A DNA stretch of 59,869 nucleotides, filler included, from Sphacelaria rigidula (Eukaryota), in NCBI GenBank assembly GCA_964200075.2. It is 4 parts of 4 records of this genome, joined end to end, with 100 filler letters (N's around TTAATTAATTAA, not from the genome) between each part and the next. Parts side by side here need not be neighbours in the genome. Positions count along the whole stretch, not along the records: positions 29,989 to 44,879 come from CAXNAA020002002.1; positions 44,980 to 59,869 come from CAXNAA020002003.1; 2 more parts are not named here. One strand, given 5' to 3'. Positions 37,801 to 47,399 of this stretch are shown here, in pieces (the stretch's first letter is position 1; each line of letters starts with the position of its first letter). The position numbers were made by a program, and so were the translations under genes. The notes under the pieces were generated by a model. It was not told where the DNA came from. It made no database searches and saw only the letters and a program-made list of their open reading frames with translations.

Positions 37801-40800
37801 CCTGCCAAGCCTTTTTCTCTTCCTTCCTCTGGCGACTGTTCCGATATTTCCGCGTATTGCACTGTTTCCACCGCTGCCTCTTCCATGGAGGAGTCACATG
37901 TGCGGCCAGTAGAGTCGCTCATTTTGGAAATACCCACCCGACTACCTGTCTACTCGATTACTCAATGATGATGAGTATTGCTCTGTACTGGAAGTGATAT
38001 CGAAGGGGTTGAGAGGTATCATGTACTTCCAAGGGTGGGGGCAGGTGAGCTTGGGCAGATGGGTTCATTCACCTGTACGTTTTTTTTGGTTTTTTGATAG
38101 CCATCATTCACTCATACTTTTTGTAGCCCGTGACGTGACGCTACTCCTCTCATTGATGGCCATCATTCTCCCATGTAATCAAGATAGTCTGTGGAGTGAC
38201 GTCACGAAGTCCCCGACGGTCACGGTTACTCACCATACCCAAGTGATACTCTATACTCAAGTATTGCTGAAAGTGCTTACTCACTATTTGGGCAGAGTAT
38301 CGGAGGTCGTACTCGATCTACTCAAAATTTGAGTAGAGCATTTGAGACCGTACTCAATCTACCCAAAATTTGAGTAAAGTATTGAGGTCATACCCAAGTA
38401 ATACTCTATCCTCAAGCATTACTGAAAGTGCTTGGTACTCAATATTTGAGTAGAGTATCGGAGGTCGTGCTCGATCTACTCAAAATTTGGTTAGGGTATT
38501 TGAGGCCGTACTCAATCTACCCAAATTTGAGCAGAGTGTTGGAGGCCGTACTCGACCTACTCAAAATTTGAGTAGAGTATTGAGCTCATACCCAAGTAGT
38601 ACTCCATACTCAAGTATTACTGAAAGTGCTTACTCCATATTTGATTAGAGTGTTGGAGGTCGTACTCGATCTTCTCAAAAAATTGATTCGGGTATTCGAG
38701 ACCGTACTCAATCGCCCCAAAATTTGAGTAGAGTATTTGAGACCGTACTCGACCTACTCAAAATTTGAATGGAGTAAATACTCGGCTACTTTACTCGAGT
38801 ATTGAAAAGTACATACTTTACTCGACGTGCCCTGGGACACTACACGCTTTTTCGTTGGTGGTCAATATTCGCTCTCACAGTCAAGGTAGTCTGTCAAGTG
38901 ATGTCACGAAGTCACCATCGGTCAGGGTTACTGAGATTACTTACCCAATGGTTGGGTTGAGTATTCAAGGTCTTGACTAATTAACCCCAAATTCGGGTAG
39001 ATTATATGAGTTCACCCAAGTTTTAGGTAGAGTATTGAGGTCACGACCAAGTGATACTCTAACCTGGTTTTTTTTAAGAGTATTTACCCAAAAATTGGGT
39101 AGAGTATTTAAGGTCGCACCCAATGTGCCCAAATTTTGGGTAGAGTATTTGAGGCGTACCCAATCTACCCAAATCTTGGCCAGATTTAATACCCGGGCAT
39201 TTTACCCGAGTGCTCAAGGGTACATACCCTACCCAACACGCCCTTGGAACGTTGCATCATTTCTGGGAAACCACCCAAACAATACTTGCATTTCACTTGT
39301 AACTCTGAGGTACAATACTACACTCTTCGTCAAACGTGTCCCGAAGTTAGCCTCACTTCTCCTTTTAAGACGCGTAACTAGAGTGCCTCACAACAGCCTC
39401 CTTGACCCTCCCTCCTCCGACCCCTGTCGCATTGCTCAGGTGGAAGAAAAAAATGAAGGCGAGGGTACAACCCCCACAATCCAAAATACGCAAAACCCAA
39501 TATTTGCGCACACCACGGTTTTACCGGTCGCTACGCCGAATTCTTGGGAACAAGTGTGCGGATCATCGGCCGCTCTAGTATTCCGCGTGTGGCAACGCCT
39601 TTCCTGTACCTGGTGGGGCGCGACGCCGGCGGAAGAGGAGGATGCCCGCGGTCAGGTGGTACTCGATGCATCCAGGTTCGGTGATAAACTGATTGGCTCT
39701 GCAGTGGTTGGGCTGGATATCTTGCGGGGCAGCGGGGGAGGCGGTGGAAGGGAAGGGCAGGGTCTGCACGAGATTGACGGGTGGTATCATGTCCTGGACG
39801 AGTTGCAACGCTCGCAGGGACAGCTCAAGGTGTGCGTGAACTTTGTGTTTGGCATGCTACTAATGGTGGACAGATTGGCTTGTCGTTTGTCTCCGTCCGT
39901 TTCTTTCGTGTGTGGTGGTAGTGACGGTGTTGGCGTTGGCGTTGGTGCTTTTCGTTTTTTGCAAAGATGGTGGAGATCGTCACCGAAGCGAACGCGTCTG
40001 ACCTCGTTTCGCGTGTTGTGATGTTCGCCGTGCCCGGGTCGTGGTACAAAAAAAATCCGATGAGCCCACTACCGGCGGAAAAAAATGTAATCATGTTGCA
40101 GCGGGTGCTACGATGGTACCTACGAAGTGGGGCGTTTTTACCCAAGTATACCGAATGATGGACAGCGTTTGTTTGAGGGATGACATTCGTTATCCCTGTA
40201 GTATGGAAACTTCGCTCGCATGCAGTAGACCCAAATATCTCCCCCTACCTATCGACCCTACTCCTATCCACCCTCCGTCGGGCGTTCCCCAAACTGGCGC
40301 CTCGTTTTCAGGTACGCGTGCAACCGCAACCAGCAGCGCCGGCACGAGAAGAATCGCAAAACCTCATGTTATCTGGCCAGGGCCAGCCTTATTTCGATAC
40401 CCACACCACGACAGACACAGATGACGAACGAGTGCCATCCTTGCGCGTTCCGCACCAACCGCTGCGCGATGCGGCACCGACCGATCCCGGCAGCGGGGAA
40501 CCATCGAGTGAACGATCGCGTGTTGGGGCTGCTATGTCGACGGAAACGGGCGAGACGCCGCCATCGACGCCGACGGCACCGCTGCACGATACCCAGACGC
40601 ACCTTCGCGCCGTCCACGCCCTGCTAGATTCTTTGCCACCCGAGTATCGATCGGATGTGAAACAACAACAACAACGCAGACAACAACGACCGCCTCCGGT
40701 ATCCTCGGGGCCGGTGCTCAAACCTAGATACCCTCGTGGCCATTTCCCCACCGCAACGGTTGCTCATCCATTACCGAGTGAAGAGCCACTGGCTGAACGA

Positions 40801-42363
40801 CTGGAGCCTGACTGCGAGGGGGCGATGTATGGCAAGCGGGCCACGTTGCATTATTCGATCTCTGGTTCGAGAGACGTAGGAGAGAGCTCTGCCTGCGGCC
40901 GTGACGACACCGGCGTCGGCGGCGGTGGTGAGGAGCCATCGAGCTTGCCTGAAATCCGGCGCCTACTATCGAGCTTGGACAGGGTCGACCGAAGGCTTCT
41001 GAACCTTGCTTCCCCGGGCGGTGACACGTGCGGAGAAGTTCGAAGCTCAGGCAAAGACGCGAGGACCGCGGGCGGAGACGGTATTTACAACTATGAAGCT
41101 TCCCGTAATGTTCCCATGCTCAGAGATCCATTGGCGGAAGGGGAAAGGAGTAGTTGCAGTGGAGGAGAGACCGGACTCGTTGATGATTCCCGGCCTAGGT
41201 TTGCTGATGGGGCCGATGAGCAAGCGGCCACGAAAATTCAAGGCGCATGGCGGACCGCGTCCATGAGACGGCGTCGTAAGGCAGCGTCGCTGGCTCAGCA
41301 AGAAGCTCTGCGAGCTGCTTCTAGGCGCGAACGTGCAAGGACAGAATCCGCAAGAACGATTCAAGTTGCGTATCGACGGGCGCAAGCGAGACATCGAGCT
41401 AGGGCCGAGTTGGAGGAGCGGCGGAGGTGGACAGACCGGCAGCGGCGGCGAGAGGCAGCTTACTTAACCCTGGCGAGAGCGTGGCGCGCGTTTGAGTGCA
41501 GGCGGCGCGGGAAGCGCGAGCTAGCCGAGGCGCGAGCGCGGGTAGCGGCCGCAGCGGCCGCAGCGGCGGAGCACGCTCGAAAAGTAGATCAAGCCGCGCG
41601 TGCTGCCATCGTCATACAAAAGCTCTTGCGCGGAGGATTGTCCAGGCAAGCCGCTCGCCGACTGAGGGGTGCGCGACGACATTCGGGCAGCGGGGGCAAC
41701 AGCGACTCAAGAGATGCTTGGTCGGTTGGAACACGATTATCGAGCTCTGGATCCACCGCCACCGAATCAAGCAGCAACACCAACGGTAACGGTGAAAACG
41801 GCGAATTGACCGGAAGAGTGCCTGACGAGAGCGTGCTGCTGAGGGCGACAACCGGCGCCCACGCTGCTCGTCCGATGCTTTCCAAACCGTCATCGATGGC
41901 ATCAACAACCCATTGCGTGGTGGCGACGCCTAGCGCTGCCCGTACTTCCCCGAAGAACACCACCGCTCCCGCCGCGCCGCGGCCTTTGCCCCCGCCCCCA
42001 CCATCCGCTCCCGCCCCGTCGACGTTCTACAACCAACTATCGCAGGACCCGCGGCGGCGCTATCCCATCCCTGAGGCACACGTTGCTTCGGCGCCTTCCA
42101 GCGCACTCGCCAAGAGTCTATCTTCTACAGAGGTAGCGATTGCCGAGTCTCGTGGTGTTGCGGTGAGGTCGCAGCGGTTTGGGCCGCCCCCGGCGGATTC
42201 GGCGGGGCGCAGGGTAGTTGGGGTAATGCGTCCACCGAGATTTGCAGATTTGGAGACAGCAAGAATTGCGCGGATCATGAAGGGGAACTTGCAGCACTGG
42301 GCCGGCGTACGATCTTCTGGTGGGGAGTGTTCGTATTCTTCGAGCGATGATTTCGATTTATAG
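31846..42363 (+). CDS. C2CD3: C2CD3-like centriolar/ciliary C2-domain protein, 3' portion, with C-terminal IQ motifs
   Basis: Phase-consistent exons 31846-32066, 32550-34043, 34517-35494, 39440-39829 and 40312-42363 (stop TAG). C2-type segments include ELRVVVERAMRLP...PSTYVTFRW, NPIFAHTTVL, LVFRVWQR and KLIGSAVVGLDIL...IDGWYHVLDELQRSQGQLK|VRVQP. The last resembles the final C2 domain of animal C2CD3 (GWY..D.....GQIKV.V.P, from memory). ETARIARIM near the C-terminus also resembles the C2CD3 tail. 5' exons were not found. Confidence 0.82.
35901..39246. mobile_element. hAT-like non-autonomous element (outer) in the C2CD3-like intron
   Basis: Perfect 19-bp TIR CAAGGGCGTGTTGGGTAGG ... CCTACCCAACACGCCCTTG. 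The 8-bp flanks GAACTTTG and GAACGTTG match at 7/8. Subterminal arrays of the palindrome TACCCAAAATTTTGGGTA. Confidence 0.85.
37133..38835. mobile_element. hAT-like non-autonomous element (inner), nested in a related element
   Basis: TIR CAAGGGCAGGTCAAGTAGAGTAT ... ATACTTTACTCGACGTGCCCTGG. The 8-bp flanks GAAACTAC and GACACTAC match at 7/8. Arrays of TACTCAAAATTTGAGTA. Confidence 0.8.
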
Positions 42364-44189
42364 TAGTGGGTTTGGGGGGTCGGCGTTCGGGTGCTTGGCA
42401 ATACTGGTGTCTAGCTCATGCTTCTGACTTGTTGTTCGCTCGAGAGATTTCCATGCTCTTGGCAAGGCACAGAGTTGGTGTGCTGTGCTGCCAATAGCTT
42501 TGGTGTTGCTTCTTGCTGTGTATTCTTGATCAAGTATTCAGGACCGGTGTCGTTGGACTCGGCCACGCCCCTTCGAAGGCTACTTGGTTCAGCTGCTGTG
42601 CCCTCCGTGGCGTTGAGTGGCTAAAAAGACTAGGCGAAAAAGAGACAAGAAACGGCTACTATACTGCTGTATCAAAATTCAATTTGTGAAAGGCTGCAGC
42701 AATTCACCCACGTCACCTCGGGAGCTGATGAACATCGATCAATATACCGAATACAAAACAAAAGTCCCAGGGTGAAAAAGTTATATAAAAGAGGATACCT
42801 ATCATGGCAAGAGTCTGTGAAGGACTCCATACCCAGTGGGGTCGTGTTGTAGGACCATCCAAGCGTGAGTTCGAAGCCGGCCTCAATGACCGCAATAATA
42901 AAGTACTCGCCCCACCTAGGCGGCGGCAGAAATCCTGACCCATGGAACATATGTCTAGTACAACAATACCGACAATGTTTTCATGAGTTTGAGAGTAGAG
43001 GATACGATTCAGATTGAAAAGCGGTCAAGTGCTGGGTGAATCGTTTCAGTTCCGACATGCCCCTCCACGAGGCCCGATATTCGTCCTGTAGTAGCTTGCC
43101 ACTGAGACCCTTGATATCCCTGAGTAGGATATCAACGTGTAGCTGCAAGCACACGCTAGTGATGGAGGTAAAGAAAAGCACGAACGGGATGAAAAAATGC
43201 CCAAGTTGGAGCGAATGACCAAAGCCACTCTCAATCCGCGCTCTACTCTCAATCTCACGAAAATGCTGTTTATCGAAGACGAAGTTTGTTCCGAAAGTAC
43301 CACGCGATGTGGAAGTTGGAGCCCACACGCAGGAACACCTAAGACATCACGTCCGACAAAACAAATTTTGCGTGGTTCACACATTTGTTTTGAAACGTGG
43401 TGCGTTGTGCACTACTGTCCACTAATTGATCATCTCACAACATGTGGGCACTTTTAAAGAGTGAACGCAATAATCTGATGACGTCAGAGCAAGTGTTTCA
43501 CATCGGATACAATATTTGACAACGTTCTGGCAATTTTTCTACACTAAATGAAATACCTGACGATGTTTTACAAAGTGTTCTGAATGAAAAGATGTCTGAC
43601 TACGTTTTGGGAAGGCGTTCTTAAGTGATCATATGTCCGACAAGTTTCGGAGAGCTGTTTAGCCCACATCCTGTTCTGCTGAGCAGCTGGGAACAGAACA
43701 AGGCTACCATGTGTATATGCCCTCATGAGAAGGATTTGCCTGAATCAACGAACTCATGATGAATCTGAGGATGCGTATTTGACACGTGAATAAATATTAA
43801 TGCCGAACGCCTCATGCATACACACACGCACAGCCATCCAAGTATACGCCTGCCTGACGTACATCTTGTGCCCGACGCAACATACCTAATTGTTGCTGTT
43901 CTACTTATATATATAATAGTAACGTCTCCGCTTATTGTGATAGCTCACTGTAGGACCCCAGCATAACTTCACCAAAAGTTCGCCTAATGAACCACACCTT
44001 TATCACCTTTCGAAAGCGGCAGACGATCAGCGTTTTGCAACGTTTTGCCAAGGCGTTCTAGGTGAACAGACACCCAACAACGTTTGGGGACTTGCTCTGA
44101 CTGAATAGATATTCGACAACGTTTCAACAACATATTCGTGAGATTCACATGACTTTTTTTCAGGTCCTGGACCATTTTCCAGATTGATA

Positions 44190-44590
44190 ACGAGCTGGGC
44201 CAGCCAACAGTTTTTTTCCCCCGGTTGACAGGTGATGCGGGGCTTATTGTGAGGAGTTAGGTGCTGAAATTTCTGACATTACATTTTTATCATCGACATC
44301 CCCAACATTTCTGGGAATACCAATAAAAGGAGAAGAACGAAATCTTACAGCGATTAGAAATTTCAGCGAAAATTAGAAAATGTCTCAAGTTCATGAAAAG
44401 GAAAAAACGGCGGTATCCCTGGTCACGAACTTTGTACTTGCGAGCAGAAATGCCCTGGTACAATTTCGGCTAAAAACTGCCCAAATTTGGCCCCGCGTAA
44501 ACTTTTTGTGTGACACCGCTGCGCCCCGGCGGTTGAACCCGTACAGGAGATTCCTGTTGCACAGGTCACGAGTTCGAATCCCGACATAAC
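44190..44590 (+). repeat. Dispersed ~400-bp repeat ending in a tRNA-like (B-box) segment
   Basis: Colinear with 53406-53805: ACGAGCTGGGCCAG...GAGGAG.TAGG.GCTGA...AAAAAACGGCGG...CCTGGTACA.TTTCGGC...TTTTGTGTGACACCGCTGCGCCCC...GGTCA.GAGTTCGAA. Confidence 0.75.
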
Positions 44591-44879
44591 AGCCTGGATT
44601 CGTTTTTGAGGTTCAATATTTGGGTGAGGTTGAAGTCGCCATCGAAATTTCATTTGTTTCGTCCAATAGGCTCGGGGTTTGCAAGCGGTTCCGACCATGT
44701 AACCCTAAACTAGAAGTTTCTGTACGGCAGCCCAAGCATGATGAGCAGTCCAACAGGAAAACCACAGTCATTGTGCGGCATCTTTTGAGCAGAACCTGCG
44801 TCTAAGCGCTACGGAACACGTAACAAAGCATGCTGAAAACATCCTTTTCTTTGGACTAGTCATCGAGTTTCCTATCGCC

Positions 44880-44979
44880 NNNNNNNNNNNNNNNNNNNNN
44901 NNNNNNNNNNNNNNNNNNNNNNNTTAATTAATTAANNNNNNNNNNNNNNNNNNNNNNNNNNNNNNNNNNNNNNNNNNNN
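44880..44979. other. Artificial scaffold-joining spacer
   Basis: N44-TTAATTAATTAA-N44. Confidence 0.98.
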
Positions 44980-46577
44980 AGGGATGCGAGGTGAATGGTC
45001 TTATGACTATGGCATGCATGATCATGAGTACACCCCCCCTCCCTGAAAACGAAATCAATGGGAGTTTCAGAGTGGAAAAGTGTAGCAAAAGTCAAGTCGC
45101 AAAAATCGAATTCCAAAAAAACGGTTAGTCGATTTTTTTACCCGGAGCAGAAACCAAATTCATCAAGTGAAATTGGAATGAATCATACAGCTCATATGAA
45201 ACCACCGTTTGTCTGACTTGAACGTGGGAGGACCATTGAAAATTCACATACATATGAACGATCTGTCGATAGTTTCAAGTACAGAGCTCATGAATTAACC
45301 AAATCCTCCTGGCCTACCGATGCCATCATCCGTGGCTGCGAAGTGCTGTGCGGTTGATTGAATCGACTGTCGCACATCTTCTGGTCCCCTCAGAGATCCA
45401 GTCATATTCACTAGATAGATGGACACAAGCCGAATGAAGACGGGAACGCTGGCTAACGAATGTTCGAGAAAGGAAACATCACACACAGAGAGCGACAGAG
45501 TTCACGTGAAAAATAAAAAAGGGGGCAAAAACGAAGAGAAAGTCAACAATGCCAACATAGATATGGTACCGGCCGTGCTGAAACAGTAACATAAACAGCC
45601 AGCCCCAGCTGTATGGCTTTGAGGTAAGGGGACCGTACAAGATCATTCCAAACAAAATAAACGGAAAAGGAAAGAATATGGCCAGGGACGTAGTAGGTTG
45701 CGACGCAGTCGTTCGAAAACCACAGGGTTGAGACATAAAAGTCTCATCCGCTCCTACAGAGAATTCACGGGTATATAAACGTTCCTCATCGCCCAAGCCT
45801 CTTCCACGCATCGCTCGTCAGGTACAAACAGAAATCGCGCACTCTCATCATTACATCACGACGTGTGTTGCCAGCGTAGACAGAGCGCCGAAATAGACGT
45901 TTCATCGGCGCCGGCGTGGATCAGCAAGATCGCACCTTGTACCCCGCGTCCAAGGCTGTCAACTCCAAGTACACATCTGTATCGGGCCCTTCGGACGTTA
46001 TTTTCTCCACTGCAATGTCTTCTTTCGTCACCACACAAGACAACACCAAGGCACCCCTGTAAGCAACTACTACTGTCAAACCTACTTCGAGCTTTTCTTC
46101 GAAAACTTCAAGCATTCATCACTTGGCTGGGGCCCTCAAGTGACTGTCGATACCACCTTAGGTTCAGTATTCGACAATGGAATCGCATACTCTCGAGTCC
46201 TATACAACCGCGAGCCCCATCTCCGTCGAATATGTTCAATCTTAGCACCCGGGAAGATGCTTCCCTCTAGACATTTCTGAACTGCCTTCCGAACAACACC
46301 AACAGTTGTGCTTGTATGGCTGGCCTCAACAGACAAAAGCGGTGGCGAAACGACATTTTAGATGGCAATCCACATTACATCTGAAGGAACAAACACGGTA
46401 GGGAAGTTTGCATGTAAAGACCTGTGCATTCGAGTCTCCTGATATGATGCAATCTGCATTCGCCAAGTGCCGATGAAAACAACCAAGAGATGGCCCAATG
46501 CATTCCAGGGGCTCTGCTTCCGATGAATCTAATCAAATTGCCAGAAGGAAAAATTTGAAACACATACCAGCTGCTAA

Positions 46578-47260
46578 CAGTGGATTCTCGGATATGGGAT
46601 TGAAAACAAAAATGATGTTCAACTCAAAAGCCGTGCTTTCCTTGACCAAAATTCATGACGAATGACTTCTATACGGACGACCTCATCCCTCCCGACCTCC
46701 CTGAAACTCTTTCACGGTTAGGACGAATCATTACGGGTTCAAATAACCAAATGCACGATTTCTCCGGCCTTATTGCTCATAAGGGAGAAACAAATTGACC
46801 ACTGATCCAAGGGGTATCCACGCAACTTTTGCGCCATTCCACGTGTCTGGGCTGCGTGTACCTGGGTTACAACGCTGATAACAAAGCCCAGAAATTGATT
46901 CGTACGATTCGAATCCATTGCACTGAAGTCAAGTAGTTTCCAGACGAATCATTGATTTGTCCGACCCTTGAACTATTTCGGGGGGATTTCTAGCCTCCCG
47001 TTCCCCCAAAGGGTATGTGCGAAAGCATACTTTTGCCTCGATTTCGGCGTAAAAAATGACGTTTTTTGGCCCAAAAATCGTGCTTCCGCACATACTCTTG
47101 GGGTGAATGGAAGGCTAAACGTTTCCCGAAATAGTTTCAGGGAGGTCGGGAGGGATGGAGTCGTCCGTATGAAAGCCATTTGTCATGAACTTAGGCGAGG
47201 GAAAGCACCCCTTTTGATTTGAATCTCATTTTTTTCAACCCCATTTTCGAGAATCCACTG
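46578..47260. mobile_element. Non-autonomous DNA element with ~135-bp terminal inverted repeats
   Basis: CAGTGGATTCTCG...ATACGGACGA...ATCCCTCCCGACCTCCCTGAAACT pairs with AGTTTCAGGGAGGTCGGGAGGGAT...TCGTCCGTAT...CGAGAATCCACTG. No clear target-site duplication. Confidence 0.8.
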
Positions 47261-47399
47261 GTTGCTGCGAACGACCGTGGCCAGTGCGTTAGAATGAGTT
47301 GGCGTTCGAGCATGACTGAGCGCTGGTTTTGTTCACAACTCGCACCCGTGCCCCTGCCACAGCACCATCAGTGAAATACGTTTGTTGATCACCTACCTC

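Noticed and set aside
35940-39200. Arrays of ~30-bp palindromic units that look superficially like a CRISPR array
   Set aside because: There are no unique spacers and no cas genes, the array is in a eukaryotic intron, and it is explained as subterminal repeats of TIR/TSD-bounded elements.
45856-46038. LLIHAGADET, resembling the end of an ankyrin repeat
   Set aside because: It is an isolated 10-mer with no TPLH-type motif, no neighbouring repeats and no clear splice context.
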